Assembly (NCBI RefSeq): GCF_027921745.1 | Contig: NC_079239.1 | Coordinates: 2,604,001 to 2,668,000 of the forward strand | Origin: Schizosaccharomyces osmophilus | Lineage: Eukaryota | Direction: 5' to 3' | DNA length: 64,000 nucleotides | Shown here: positions 11,494 to 23,421 of the stretch, piece by piece | Layout of the letters: each line of letters starts with the position of its first letter | Position numbering within the stretch: position 1 is the stretch's first letter | The notes under the pieces: model-generated | What the model was told of the DNA's origin: nothing | What the model saw: only the letters and a program-made list of their open reading frames with translations | Databases searched by the model: none | Position numbers and translations under genes: made by a program

Positions 11494-13038
11494 CTATTTT
11501 TTGTCTGGCCCATTTATTTCATTATGGCCCATAAAAACGCCTGGAATTTCGTCTTGTAACGACAGTTTATCCGCACAGAAGCCGTCGCGCATGGTTAATT
11601 TATAAGGATACAAAATTTTGGGTTCACCCAAATGAATGGTCGTTTTGAGAATTTCATTCTCAACTTCAATCAGAGTACATGTCAGCAAATCAACCATGGG
11701 TTCGGATGCAGGCATTTTGATAATATACTCCTTATTAACAGATCCATAATTCGTAATGAAGGTAATGACTGGTCCTTTATACATTAGCATCACATTATCG
11801 CCCACAGGAATAGCATGTGTACGAGTACGAATCCATTCCTCGCCATCTTGAGAATTGATTAAATCCCTACGAATTTGATTCACTTTAGCTGTGTACTTGT
11901 ACAGAGGGCCTTCGGTATGGTACCCAGTAATCCACATCGCTGGACGATTGATGGGATCGTGAGATCCATCCAGCATTTGTTCTTGTCCGTAAAAAACTAT
12001 AGGAATGCCGTCTGACATGAGATTTAGTGTCATGGCATTTTTTAGTACATTAAAGTCATTGTTGAGAGCCGCCAGTCTGGGTGCATCTTGAGATTCCAGG
12101 AAAAGACCTAAAAGAGTGCTATCAATGCAATGGTGCGCAACCAGATTCATCGCTATTGCCGTTTTTCTTAGAGCTCTATCATTGACTGGAATTACAGCTT
12201 CTGAAGCGACACCTTGTACAGGAAAGTTGTGCAGACCGTCCATAAAACCTTGCCATTCACAAAAAGCGGCTGCTTCCCCAGTCCACTCTTCTCCTTGGCA
12301 ATACACGCCTGCTGCTTCGCAAAAGCCGGGCCAAAATGTTTGACGAACGTGCTTTGCAGCATCGATACGCAATCCATCGATTTTGAACTTTTTGACATGA
12401 TCGTGAATGAAGTTGTACAAGGTTTCAATAATGAAGGGATTCTCCGTATCCACGTCAGGTAAGGTCACATCTTCTGTGCCAATCCAGCATTGTTCCAAAG
12501 ATAAAGGATCACTTTGGATAATTGGACACATAGGATGATAGTGCTCTTCTTTATTGAAAGGACTATATATTGAGAAATCGATATTTCGTGTATCCGGAGC
12601 GGCCATATGGTTTACCACTGTATCTACCATCAAATACATTCCTCGTTCATGCAAAGCATCTGATAAATCGATCAAATCCTCTTCAGTGCCAAAGTGAGGA
12701 TTCAAAGAAAGGAGATCCTGCGGCCAATATCCGTGATAAGCCTCACCATATTTGGTTGCGCCTTCAATATTCTTAATAACCGGGGAAATCCAAATGGCTG
12801 TAAATCCCATATTCTGAATGTAATCCAGCTTATTGATGATTCCCTTCCAATTTCCACCACAGTAGGCACGATCCTCAGGATTGCAATTCACAGACTCGGT
12901 GGTAGCAAACCTGTCTGTTAGCAATGAGTAAATTGACTGCTTTCTCCATCCGTGTTTGTCTAAAGCTTCGATGGGGATTACCCCTAAAAGCAATGAAAGC
13001 ACTTTGAAAGTCTTTAGCAACATTTTATGGTGCTTCAT
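11494..13038 (-). CDS. mde5: Secreted alpha-amylase homolog (GH13), meiotic
   Basis: Signal peptide; GH13 motifs AYHGYWPQD, DTVVNH, DGLRIDAAKH, GEEW, ESQD. Start ATG 13038 (or 13023). Synteny. Confidence 0.85.
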   Translation of the reverse strand: MKHHKMLLKTFKVLSLLLGVIPIEALDKHGWRKQSIYSLLTDRFATTESVNCNPEDRAYCGGNWKGIINKLDYIQNMGFTAIWISPVIKNIEGATKYGEAYHGYWPQDLLSLNPHFGTEEDLIDLSDALHERGMYLMVDTVVNHMAAPDTRNIDFSIYSPFNKEEHYHPMCPIIQSDPLSLEQCWIGTEDVTLPDVDTENPFIIETLYNFIHDHVKKFKIDGLRIDAAKHVRQTFWPGFCEAAGVYCQGEEWTGEAAAFCEWQGFMDGLHNFPVQGVASEAVIPVNDRALRKTAIAMNLVAHHCIDSTLLGLFLESQDAPRLAALNNDFNVLKNAMTLNLMSDGIPIVFYGQEQMLDGSHDPINRPAMWITGYHTEGPLYKYTAKVNQIRRDLINSQDGEEWIRTRTHAIPVGDNVMLMYKGPVITFITNYGSVNKEYIIKMPASEPMVDLLTCTLIEVENEILKTTIHLGEPKILYPYKLTMRDGFCADKLSLQDEIPGVFMGHNEINGPDKK

Positions 13039-13096
13039 TCTTAAAGGTGGTTGCTCCTGAGAAAAGTGCTTATTGCCATGCCTGTATAAATAGTTG

Positions 13097-13106
13097 GTTT
13101 GTTTAC
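13097..13106 (-). promoter_or_regulatory. FLEX (Mei4 forkhead) site GTAAACAAAC upstream of mde5
   Basis: Plus strand gtttgtttac about 60 bp upstream of the mde5 ATG; mde genes are Mei4-dependent. Confidence 0.65.
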
Positions 13107-13566
13107 ATATACTTGATTCACAACTATGGGATAAACACAGTAAAAACAAACAACAACTGAAAATTGAATTTCAATAATAACCACTAGTTATAATAACTCA
13201 TGCTTATTTGACTATTATTGGTATTAAAAGCCTAATAAAAGACACTGCTCACAAGAAGTCAGAATTTCAGCTAATACTACTTTATAGGAAGAAACATAAA
13301 CAAACAATAGGTTCAAGAAAAAGAAAAAATAGTGATTGTTTCATATTCATGTGAATTCGTTTTCTGCGACTAACATTATTGATAATGTCCATAACAATAA
13401 TAACATTTTGAGAATAAAAAAAAGTTAGATTCTGTTAATTCAGTGAGAAGCAGAATTTTAATTTATTGTTATATGTCTTTGTAAGCAGAGTCTTGTAAAA
13501 TCAAGCTATTTTACTGAACGACCTGAATTTAGCAAACGTTTCCCTATACTCAAAAAGTTTTCAATT

Positions 13567-14766
13567 ATGGCGGAAGAAGAAAATCAAGATGTCTTTCTAC
13601 AAGAAAATGAAGTAGAAGAAGTTGTAAACCAAGATGAGAATGAAATGGAACAAGATTTCGAGGAAAATGAAGAATTGGATCAAGATCAAGGTGCTGGTGG
13701 TTATCACTCAGTAATGGATCATTCCGTTCAAGGATTCTTTGAACATAAAGATTCAGTATTCTGTGTTTCTATGAATCCCGTGAAAACCAATATCTGTGCC
13801 TCTGGTGGCGGTGATGATTTGGCATACATTTGGGACATCACCAACGGCGAGCAAGTTTGCCAGTTGACAGGCCATAAGGATTCTGTAGTTTCTGTGGGTT
13901 GGAGTTTTGATGGTAATTACGTTGCTACCGGCGGTATGGATAATCAAATTCGAGTATGGAAAAGTGAGTCAGGCGTTGAATTCATCACCGCTACTGAAAC
14001 GACTGATGAAGTAGTTTGGTTAAGTTGGCATCCTAAAGGCTTGTTCCTCGCTGCTGGATGCAACGACGGTAGCGTCTGGATGTTGAGTATGCCTTCTGGT
14101 AAGGTTGTCCAAGTTTTCTATGGCCATACTGCTCCCACAAATGCTGGCAAATTTATCCCTCCTGGTGTTGGCAAGCGTTTGGCTACAGTTGATGACATGG
14201 GTACTTTAATCGTTTGGAATCCAGCTACTGGTGACTCCGAATGCCGAATGACAGGTGATGACCACCGATTTGATCCCGGCAACGAAGAAACCTCTGCAGG
14301 ATGGACAAGCTTCGATAGTAACGGTGATGGTAATGTTTTATTCCTCGGCGGCTCTTCCGGTAAAGTTAAAGTCGTAAATATTAACAATAATTACATCTTG
14401 GCTTCGTTAGAAACACAGCGTGAAAGTGTAGAGGCTATTACTTTATGCCCTGTTTTACCTATATGTGCTTGTGCTAGCGTTGACGGTACAGTTGCTCTCT
14501 ACGATTCTTCATCACTGAAATTTAGACGAAGTCTATATCATGGCCAACCTGTTATTGATTGCGTTTTCCTTCCAAAATCTCCGTATTTGCTTACTGCCTG
14601 TGCTGACTGTACCATTCGTAAATGGGATGTCCGTTCTGGTCAACTTTTAGGCGAATACACTGGGCATCAGGAACCTATACTCTGTATGTCAATCACTGCG
14701 GACGGGAAAAGGGTTATTAGTGGCTCTGACGATACAGAACTATTAGTATTTGACTGTGAAAACTAG
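13567..14766 (+). CDS. sqt1: WD40 ribosome assembly chaperone (Sqt1/AAMP)
   Basis: Acidic N-terminus, WD repeats (HKDSVFCV, SGGGDDLAYIWD, GHKDSV); synteny. Confidence 0.85.
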   Translation: MAEEENQDVFLQENEVEEVVNQDENEMEQDFEENEELDQDQGAGGYHSVMDHSVQGFFEHKDSVFCVSMNPVKTNICASGGGDDLAYIWDITNGEQVCQLTGHKDSVVSVGWSFDGNYVATGGMDNQIRVWKSESGVEFITATETTDEVVWLSWHPKGLFLAAGCNDGSVWMLSMPSGKVVQVFYGHTAPTNAGKFIPPGVGKRLATVDDMGTLIVWNPATGDSECRMTGDDHRFDPGNEETSAGWTSFDSNGDGNVLFLGGSSGKVKVVNINNNYILASLETQRESVEAITLCPVLPICACASVDGTVALYDSSSLKFRRSLYHGQPVIDCVFLPKSPYLLTACADCTIRKWDVRSGQLLGEYTGHQEPILCMSITADGKRVISGSDDTELLVFDCEN

Positions 14767-14945
14767 AAAGGTCACATAGTTAAAAATTGTTTTGGTTGGA
14801 TTTTGGATTTAGACAGTTCAATAACATTATTTTGGGTTAAAACAAATATTAGATTTAGATTATACAACTCTATCATAAAGCTCTATTTATTGATGTAGGC
14901 TTCCCTAATTATATAAGGTATGTGTCATGACTAGTGCTGCTAGTT

Positions 14946-17603
14946 TTAATTATACCATTTCGCATTTAACTGCTTTCTCTTGACCATAGGTCTAGTTATT
15001 AGAACGGTAAACAAAATTCCGAGAGCGGTCAGTACCAATTGTTTCTTATCAAAATAAGAACTGAGCATGTCGAATGGCATACTTGGTGCTGTTCTCGTAA
15101 AAAATATGTCTAATCCCAAAGCTAAAACAAGAGTTGTGCTTTCAAAAGTAGAAGGCTCAGAAATCATTTTTTTGATACCATATAGTCGTTGGTCATACGA
15201 GAGAATCCGATCGTCAAAGATTGTCATTACTGGTTCATATGGTACGAAAGAAGATGGTTGTGGCTTTTCGTTTGGCTTATGAATCGGTCTCAGTGGAGAC
15301 ATAATACTCTGAGGAATCATTCCTAGTTGATTCGAAGATAAAGACACCAAAATATCTCTAGAGGTTATACCTTGATTTGTCGTCGTCACTGCCATTGCAT
15401 TTATCAAACGATCAATATTGAAGGACTTTGTGAAAGCGGAAGGAATATAATTATTGTTTCCACTCTCAACAACGTCGATATTGTGCTTAACGTTTGGCTG
15501 ACCTCCCTCAAACAGTTCCACTGCCACAATTTTGGTAGATATAGAAGGAACCGCATTCCAGTAAGAATATACAAGCCAGTTTTCGGAAAGTACTGCACTT
15601 ACATTTTCAAAATCGAATACCTCGGAATGTTCGTTACGATGAAGGATAGCCCCACTGAATGTATCAATAATATAGACGATTAGCATATCCCGTTTACATG
15701 TCAAGACTGCCATCAAATTTGGGTTCAAATATTTATACATAACTTTTCGATCTGCCAAAACACGCCCGATGGAAGCAAGAGTCTCATGTGGATTTCGCTG
15801 AACTGTGTTAAGCAACGTTTCATCATCCTTAAAAGAAAATTCCCATTCTACAGTGATTTTATAATCCTCAAGAATGCGGAATCCTTGCAAGGAGTTATCC
15901 TTAACTCTAGTAAACATAACAGAAGATTTCATTTGAAGGAAATGGTCAAAGGCCATTTCGTCTCCTAGAGGAGAAACAGTGTCTCCATGCAGAGCAAATA
16001 TTAAATTTTTGTAATGCTCCTTTGAATTATCAAGGAAGAAAAATTCATCTGGAACTCCAGTCTCGGTTTTCTCGTATACGACCGAGGCATCGTTTGACCT
16101 TAGGATTCTGAAAGTATAGCCATCATCAAATATATAGACCAATGCGATTAGGGAGGCCTCTTGGTGATTGGATGCAGGCTTCAGCAACCAAGATTTTACA
16201 TCTTTAGCTTCTTGAGAGTAATCCTTTTTCCATACTATGCGGTCCTTCCTGCTGACATCTGAAGAAAGACAGTACAAACTACCGGTATATGTGGGTATTA
16301 GAAAGTTCGTCATAAAAGCAGCGTCTAAAGAGTGATGTCGAGGAAGCAACTGCCGAATATTAAACAGTTGCTTAAAGTTTTTCAGATAGTGCAAGAAGGG
16401 TATTACACTCTCCTTTTCTTGGTCTTCTGGAGTAGAATCCGAAGACTCAAGGATGACAGGCAAGGATATAGCATCGGCAGCGTAAGCTAATGCTTCCTCA
16501 CGTTTCCACAAAAGAACGTTGTTAGAATAACAAAAGATTGTCCCATCCTCTAACACGACAATGAGGTAAATATTTGCTTGAGACTGAAGCAACTTAAACA
16601 AGTGTACAGGGCGAGAAAATGAATTTTGAATTTCAAGAATTTGCTGGGAGTCAAAAACTATCGTTTGGGAAGAAGCCGTTGTGCGCAGAAAACGACCATC
16701 ATCAACATGGAAACCGTGAGAAACGGAAACTCCGCTTTCATCCAAAAATTCATCTACCAAAGCAAATTCTTCCCCTTGAAAGGTGAAGACACATGTAACA
16801 AAAGAAGAATCGGAACCGATGGTAAATGAGTATCCAGGAACGTCTTGCGAAATGCGTTCCCAGTTTATCAGGGAATAATCTGTGAATAATAAATGGTACC
16901 GCTCGGGATGGGACAGACGAATTGCATGTACGGCGTTCTGGTAACTAAACAAAACGAGATCGTCTTTTGCGTCTAAAATTTCGGATTTAGCTGGAACAGA
17001 AATAATTTTCTCTTCTACAGGCTGCCAATCTTCGTTTAATTGAACCACCTTGTGACCGGACTGGTCTTTGGTCAAGACATAATTTTTTTCGGAATATATG
17101 AGCATTGCCATAAGAGGAAAATCAAAGGAAACCTCAACTACTGTAGCATTATTTTCTTGAAATAGTACCTTTTCGAGAGTAGATGATCCAGGAACGAGGT
17201 AAACATAACCTTCATTCGTTTCATATAGACTACCACCTTTAGCAGTGGAAATGTCCAACTTAGTTTCCAGTACTCCAGTGTCTTTATTCCACACAAATAA
17301 GTCTTCATTTCCAATGGTAAGGGCATAACGGCCTTTTGACTTGTGGACAACCGATTCTGTTTGCTCGTCAACGGCTTGGCGCCAGATAATATCACCTTTG
17401 TTGGCATCAATGCGTGACAATAATCCACGTTCACTTAATACTAGAAAGGAATCACTATCCTCGTCAAGCTTAACATCCTTTAAACGGCCTAAAAGAGAAA
17501 TACGATAATCATGGACACCTGCTTCATCTCTGAGGACTGCAAGGTAGCAAGGAAGAAAAATTGAGAAAAGAACAAAATACAAAGGCCAGTAAGGCCGAGT
17601 CAT
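14946..17603 (-). CDS. emc1: ER membrane protein complex subunit 1
   Basis: Signal peptide, DEAGVHDY, SIGRVLADRKVMYKYLNPN, C-terminal PSMPFDML plus TM and KQLNAKW; ATG at 17603. Confidence 0.92.
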   Translation of the reverse strand: MTRPYWPLYFVLFSIFLPCYLAVLRDEAGVHDYRISLLGRLKDVKLDEDSDSFLVLSERGLLSRIDANKGDIIWRQAVDEQTESVVHKSKGRYALTIGNEDLFVWNKDTGVLETKLDISTAKGGSLYETNEGYVYLVPGSSTLEKVLFQENNATVVEVSFDFPLMAMLIYSEKNYVLTKDQSGHKVVQLNEDWQPVEEKIISVPAKSEILDAKDDLVLFSYQNAVHAIRLSHPERYHLLFTDYSLINWERISQDVPGYSFTIGSDSSFVTCVFTFQGEEFALVDEFLDESGVSVSHGFHVDDGRFLRTTASSQTIVFDSQQILEIQNSFSRPVHLFKLLQSQANIYLIVVLEDGTIFCYSNNVLLWKREEALAYAADAISLPVILESSDSTPEDQEKESVIPFLHYLKNFKQLFNIRQLLPRHHSLDAAFMTNFLIPTYTGSLYCLSSDVSRKDRIVWKKDYSQEAKDVKSWLLKPASNHQEASLIALVYIFDDGYTFRILRSNDASVVYEKTETGVPDEFFFLDNSKEHYKNLIFALHGDTVSPLGDEMAFDHFLQMKSSVMFTRVKDNSLQGFRILEDYKITVEWEFSFKDDETLLNTVQRNPHETLASIGRVLADRKVMYKYLNPNLMAVLTCKRDMLIVYIIDTFSGAILHRNEHSEVFDFENVSAVLSENWLVYSYWNAVPSISTKIVAVELFEGGQPNVKHNIDVVESGNNNYIPSAFTKSFNIDRLINAMAVTTTNQGITSRDILVSLSSNQLGMIPQSIMSPLRPIHKPNEKPQPSSFVPYEPVMTIFDDRILSYDQRLYGIKKMISEPSTFESTTLVLALGLDIFFTRTAPSMPFDMLSSYFDKKQLVLTALGILFTVLITRPMVKRKQLNAKWYN

Positions 17604-18989
17604 CTTGAACAAATGAAAACAACCCTGTTTTCAAAAAGTTTGTTCTGTTTAAGAGATTGCGATGGAAGAGGAATACAGAGCTGGAAGGAGTACAAAACCT
17701 GCAAGTTCAATTTGAAGTCGTATAGGTAGCTTTTTTACTAATATCCTAAACTCATAAAAATGAAGGATTGAATTGTTGCTTTCAACAGCAACCGTTTCAA
17801 TAGTTTTTACTGTTTTCTTTCTGTTGTTTTTGACATCTCTTCATCGCTAAAAAATTAGCTTATAGTAAGCGAAATTACTGCAATAAGAGGAATTCAAGAA
17901 AAAGCATCTCAATCAGAATATAAATAGCTTACTCAATATCTTTACCATATAAAGAATAAAGGAATGAATTTAAATGCTGTTTTTTGCGCATTACTGTCTT
18001 ACAAATGAATTCATATCATATTAACATTATAGTAAAGAGAACAAAGGCCAGAAGTAAGTATAGAAAACAGACAAGAAACTTGGCGTTTCCACAATTTTCG
18101 AGCTTACTCTTTTTAAATCATTGTTCCATTAAACTACCTCTTCACCGAGAGCCGCCTCTTGAAACCGTATACAAATTCAACCTGAAAGTACCGCGCAGAA
18201 TTAAAAACACGGAATCATACGCGAGTAAAAGGATTCACTAACATTTGCAGTAGAAATAAAGATCACTTAAAGACGCTATAGCACAAGTTAGCAAAAATGC
18301 ATCCAAGTCAATCCAACTCTTTCAAACGCTTACACCAAGAATCGAAAAAGCACCAACTTAAAATCAAAAAGGTACGACACCCTGAAGAGAAGAAAAAGCT
18401 TTGTAAACTTCTTGTGTTTTACGGCTCAAAAAAGAAATCTGCAAAGGTATCGCGACGGATCCCTAAAACTCAATTTCAATACCTTCCTCGTCGCACCATT
18501 CTAAAAATGGAAGAAAAATTGTTTGTTGAAACCATCAAAGCCCGTGCACTGACTGTCATGATCTTTTGCCTTATATCAGGACAGGTCTTGACGAATCTTT
18601 TTTAAATTCCAGCGTTTTAGACCGTTCTATTAAACTGAATCTTGAGTCACATACAACGTGTATTTTATATGAAACAAAGACTTACCTTTTCTTATTTTAC
18701 TCACATAAACAAAAGAAGCAAACACACATTTCTTTCTCTACGCTTCAGTAGCAATGTACGAATTTTATTCCTTTTCTATATATTTATTATTCGTGATTGT
18801 TTATTAATACATTCTCATTGCTCTCGTTAAATACTTTTACCAAATCAAGACCAACTTCGGTATATAAATTTAACAGACTGCTTCAGCGCTCTATGCCATC
18901 AACAAAGGCTTCCTCTGGTCCTTCTGAAAGGTGTCTTTCTCCTCTCCCCTCAATTCCCAGATTTTGAATTTTTAGCTAGTAAAATCGTC

Positions 18990-19292
18990 ATGTCTGTCTA
19001 TACTATCGCCGGTCGTCAATTCCAAAGCCACCAGGTTCGTTTTCTTTACCGTTCGTAGCAGCTAACGGGATTGTTATAGCTTAGTCTTGCTGTCTTGGGA
19101 TCTGTCTTTGTGGGACCCTGGGTTTATAGCAAGATCTTTAAGAGACAAAAGACTTTAAAGGAAGGTGAAATGCCTCCGTTGAATCCCTCCAACAAGGAAG
19201 AAGAAGCTTTTATTTTGTATGTGAAAAGAGCTGAAATAGTACCAGTATACTAATTCAACTTTGTTAGGAAATACATCAAAGATCACAAGTAA
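18990..19292 (+). CDS. atp19: F1Fo ATP synthase subunit k, 3 exons (18990-19034, 19080-19216, 19268-19292), 68 aa; not in ORF track
   Basis: Spliced product MSVYTIAGRQFQSHQLSLAVLGSVFVGPW...SNKEEEAFILKYIKDHK; both introns are GT..CTAA..TAG. Confidence 0.88.
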
Positions 19293-19616
19293 ATTACAAG
19301 ACGAAAAAGTGTGAAGAATTCTTTTCCGCTATTTGGATGCTTGTCTTTCTTTTTCTTTAACAGTAACCCGCTTTCTTTGCCGTAATTCTTTCCGTTTCAA
19401 TAACAAACCTATTTTTTCTCATTTGCTTGAATTTTAATCATATTGAATGCATTGCAGTCAACTGTTTTACTGTAAGATTGCCAGTACAACGTTTCCATTA
19501 GTTTTATTTCTTTTATGTATCAACCTTCATTAAAAAATTGGTAATCGTTCTCATAGATGAACTAGCTTTGAACAAGAGGAAAAAACCAAAGTTCAGAAAA
19601 TGTAGAGTGTATCTTG

Positions 19617-20837
19617 TTAAATTGGAACGCTGGGTTTCCAAATATGTAGCTCATTATCATCGGCGACAGAGGCAACACATTTAGGATCAAAGGGACTAAA
19701 ATCCACCTCATTAACAAGGCCCCGATGTCCTCCATGAACAAACGTCAATGGATTCTCGGATTCGAAATTCCATAGATAACAAAGGTTCTCACATGCGCTC
19801 ACCAAGACGCTAGGAGACGACCAGCTCCATGACATACTAGTAGCGCCAATTGCAGTTACTTGCGAAGGAGCAGCTTTTTTCGCAAACATGGACTCGGTGT
19901 CCATTAAAGGAACGTTAAGTTTTCTGTAATCGCGCAACTGCAAGGTACTCTCCGTACCAAGTGCAAAGAGTGATGCTATGTGCGGATTATGTCGAACGGA
20001 ATAAACCGAGGATGGTACTTGAGCCGATTGAAAAACAATTGAGGGAGTTCGATTATCACATACAAGAACACTTCCATCGTCACTCGCGGCAATGTAAAGG
20101 TTCTCATGAAAGGGATTGTATTCTGCATCATTCAAAGCGATAGAATTGTTATGATAAGAGGATACAGGGAATAATACATTGGAACTTTGGGAAAACGCTT
20201 GCAAATCCCACTCTAGAATTTTGGAATCATTTGCAGCCGTTAACAGCTTACCATTGCGCTGGCGATTCCAGGATAAGCCGAATCCCTCTGCTTCATGCCC
20301 CTGCAAGTGAACGTTTGGAAAAAACTCCTCAGCTGGAACGGATGTGTATTTTGTACGATCAAACACATATACCTCACCACACGAGCTGAAAGTTGCAATG
20401 ATATTGGGGTTCTGCGGCATGTGCCTTGCTCGGTTGATATCACCATTGTGCATAACCCTTTGTATTAATTGAAACCGACATGGGTGTTGCGGGCTGTATC
20501 CGCCTAGTTCTCCCAGATCTTCATTGTAGTATTTTACAGGATCCAAACTCGTCTGTTCTGCGTCTGGTAAATCAATGTCTGCCAACTGCAAGTAATTTGG
20601 AAATCCTTCTGCCGCATGTGTACCTAGCAGCAAACGGTATTTATCGATGGGTTTCTCATTCGATTTCTCTACCACCGAAAGCCATTCAATGCTCAAAGAA
20701 GGCCATAATAGCCTTCTCGTGACCAGGAGATCATACAGAAATCGCGAATTTTTCTTCCAATGAAAGTACTTTTCATCAACTTGGCTTTCCAAGAATGAAA
20801 CTCCTCCTAAATGAGTTGTATCTGACTCGGTTTGCAT
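19617..20837 (-). CDS. pcf3: CAF-1 subunit C / RbAp48-like WD40 histone chaperone
   Basis: [37 protein letters not shown]; synteny. Confidence 0.85.
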   Translation of the reverse strand: MQTESDTTHLGGVSFLESQVDEKYFHWKKNSRFLYDLLVTRRLLWPSLSIEWLSVVEKSNEKPIDKYRLLLGTHAAEGFPNYLQLADIDLPDAEQTSLDPVKYYNEDLGELGGYSPQHPCRFQLIQRVMHNGDINRARHMPQNPNIIATFSSCGEVYVFDRTKYTSVPAEEFFPNVHLQGHEAEGFGLSWNRQRNGKLLTAANDSKILEWDLQAFSQSSNVLFPVSSYHNNSIALNDAEYNPFHENLYIAASDDGSVLVCDNRTPSIVFQSAQVPSSVYSVRHNPHIASLFALGTESTLQLRDYRKLNVPLMDTESMFAKKAAPSQVTAIGATSMSWSWSSPSVLVSACENLCYLWNFESENPLTFVHGGHRGLVNEVDFSPFDPKCVASVADDNELHIWKPSVPI

Positions 20838-21574
20838 TTGCGACACTTGTATGCTATTCTCAAAAAACGATAAGCGACCTCCTTAGGTGTTTCTATTGAT
20901 CATACAATTATTTTTTGACCATTCAAAAGCTAGCCTTCTTTTCTGTTCCCTTTCCCAAAACGCGTCTTCAGCTGTAAACAAACATTTGTTCGTTCTTCAA
21001 TTCCTTTCTCAATGTAAATATATTGCGTATTGCATTATCTGGTTTAGCGAGACAGAAGGTGTGTCACTTTTTGCTTGGCTGGCAGGAATATAAAAATACT
21101 ATGCTTGCTCGGGAAAGTTGTTTTATGAATCTAGGAACATTGTAAAAATGCTTGTGTATTTATTTATATACGGAACGTAAGAACTCATGATATGCGATAC
21201 TTTGAAATGAAGGATTGTCCGACCCTTCTCATTGACAGTTGTGTCAGAGAATTCTCGATTGAGCTATTTTATTTATGCAGTACAAATATGCATGGGAGCT
21301 GCCTTCTATATGAGGCGTGAAGAGAAAATAGTTGTAGTACCATAGAAAACCAAATTGACCGACAAGGATGTAAGCGAGTGAATTTAGAATGCAACCAGCA
21401 ATGAGGATAACGGAAAGGGGACGATGAAATATGCAAGCTGGTAAATAATATTAAAGGGGAAAGTTTGTTGTTGGACCCTTTTCCAATACAAGTAGGAAGA
21501 TATTAACGGTGGAAGTAATATGCTGAAAAGCTAAGGATGCAATACAAGATAAAAGGTGGAGGAAGATACCATCA

Positions 21575-22246
21575 TTATGCAAGGTCTTCAAGAATTGCCA
21601 TAGGAACCCTTTGCTTTATGCTGTTACTGAATAAGCCGCGACCAGAAAAGTTATCGTCTGCAGCAGCAATTGCTTGTTCCAGGTATTTTTGTTCGTTCCA
21701 CCGAGCAGAGTCATGAAAACGAGTTCTTGGAGCACCCAAATAACCAAGGATGCGCATACAAGCACTCATTAAATACACGCCTGCACAAAAGAGGATCAAT
21801 CCTGCTGAAAAGGGTCTCCAGGCAAAGAGTTTCCATGGTTGATGAAGTAGCAATCCAGAGGTTGAATACTCTAAGCGATAGTCCAGGGTACAGCTCTGAA
21901 CGATTGGTTCTAATGCATGAGCATAGTAGACTTTACAGTGTACATCATAATCGGCGACATGCACACGGTCCGACATGTGAGGCCATGAGCAAGACCATTT
22001 TAAATCCAACGGAGAAATGTTTAGTTGGTTATGCTGGCAAATGGCAATTTTGGTTTCATAATCTTCACAAGCCGATCCCGAGCATTTCAGCTGTGGATTA
22101 TTGCTGCTTTTCGACTTTGAGTCTTCAAGATTGGGCGTCGAAAACGTTAAAACCTGAATACGATCTAAAGAATGAGAATATGCAAGTGTATCTCCACTAT
22201 AAAATACTAGGAATAATAAAAATACAAACGATGAAAAGAGGGACAT
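21575..22246 (-). CDS. meu29: SARAF-like membrane protein, meiotically upregulated
   Basis: Signal peptide from ATG 22246, Cys-rich luminal domain (PQLKCSGSAC...WSC...SCTLDYRL), one TM helix; synteny. TGTTTAC (FLEX core) at 22261 and 22501. Confidence 0.75.
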   Translation of the reverse strand: MSLFSSFVFLLFLVFYSGDTLAYSHSLDRIQVLTFSTPNLEDSKSKSSNNPQLKCSGSACEDYETKIAICQHNQLNISPLDLKWSCSWPHMSDRVHVADYDVHCKVYYAHALEPIVQSCTLDYRLEYSTSGLLLHQPWKLFAWRPFSAGLILFCAGVYLMSACMRILGYLGAPRTRFHDSARWNEQKYLEQAIAAADDNFSGRGLFSNSIKQRVPMAILEDLA

Positions 22247-22686
22247 GGCAAAGAGCTGGTTGTTTACTATTGCATGGCTGGACTTATTGTTAACATTTCT
22301 CGGTGAACTCGGAGTGCTGCGACACCAAGACACCGAATTGTCCGCTAGAAATTTTGTTGAAACGAAATTCATATATTGATTCGTAAGTTATTTAAATAAT
22401 AATAAAGAAATAAAAGTATAAAAAGAAATAGTAGGGTGCAAAATTAACCTTTTACGGGAAGTTTTTATTTTCAACTCATAAGGCTTCATATGGTATGCAT
22501 TGTTTACTTGTGCATAAACAATGCACGAGACTACGCAGGGAAGACACCTTTATTATTGAAGAAGGGTTTGAGGAGTGCGGATAACAATTCTTATCAACAA
22601 ACAAAGGACACGAAAAGCACTTCGAAGTTTCTCTATTGAGCCTGTCTGCTTTACTTAAGAGAGTATCTCGAAAACTCGTTCGATTA

Positions 22687-23421
22687 TTAGTAGTCGGAAA
22701 TCCTTGCCGATCGAATTTGCTTTCGTTCTTGAATATTTTCCAAAAACAAGTCTTCCTTCACGTAAAGGACTTGATACTGACGATCACGAAAAAACCTTTT
22801 ATTCACCAACATTCGTTTTATGATATCTTGTTGGAATCCAGAAGGATTTTTTTTGTTGGACTGATGAGCATCGGGATCAAAGATAATCAAACTCTTTAGT
22901 GAATCGCAATAGCCAACGACCGTGACAGAGTGGCCCTGAAATTGGAGATAGCATGGCGATATATGGCGTTTATCTTGTAAAGAATCATTAAAATGGTCTT
23001 TAAAGAATAAGAAAAGTCCCTCCACGGCTGAGGATCGATTAAGAAAGTCAAAGTCTACGAGTCCAACATTCAGCATAAGACCCGTCATCAGTGTGTAAGC
23101 TTCAGTGGCGCCAATCCAAGCTCCTTCCAACTGAGACCCAACTTGCTGATATCCATCAACATCAATTCCCTGTTTCCAAGCATTTAGTAGGTGCTCTCTC
23201 AAATCCGGGAGATCATATTTATAATGATGGCTTTCAAACCAATCATTATATGAGGTTTGTAACCAAGAAAACAACATTTGGATATTTCGCCAACCACATC
23301 CCCAACCATAGTCAGTATGTTTTATTGTAGAAAAATAATATACATCACCGGAAGCCAGGAAAACATCTGGAATATTTATGCTCGTGAATTGTTGTTGAAT
23401 ATCACATAAAGAATAGCCCAT
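22687..23421 (-). CDS. mug105: ZUFSP/C78-family deubiquitinase
   Basis: DYGWGCGWRNIQM (catalytic Cys), WIGATE, QGHS, DPD; 244 aa from ATG 23421. Confidence 0.9.
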   Translation of the reverse strand: MGYSLCDIQQQFTSINIPDVFLASGDVYYFSTIKHTDYGWGCGWRNIQMLFSWLQTSYNDWFESHHYKYDLPDLREHLLNAWKQGIDVDGYQQVGSQLEGAWIGATEAYTLMTGLMLNVGLVDFDFLNRSSAVEGLFLFFKDHFNDSLQDKRHISPCYLQFQGHSVTVVGYCDSLKSLIIFDPDAHQSNKKNPSGFQQDIIKRMLVNKRFFRDRQYQVLYVKEDLFLENIQERKQIRSARISDY

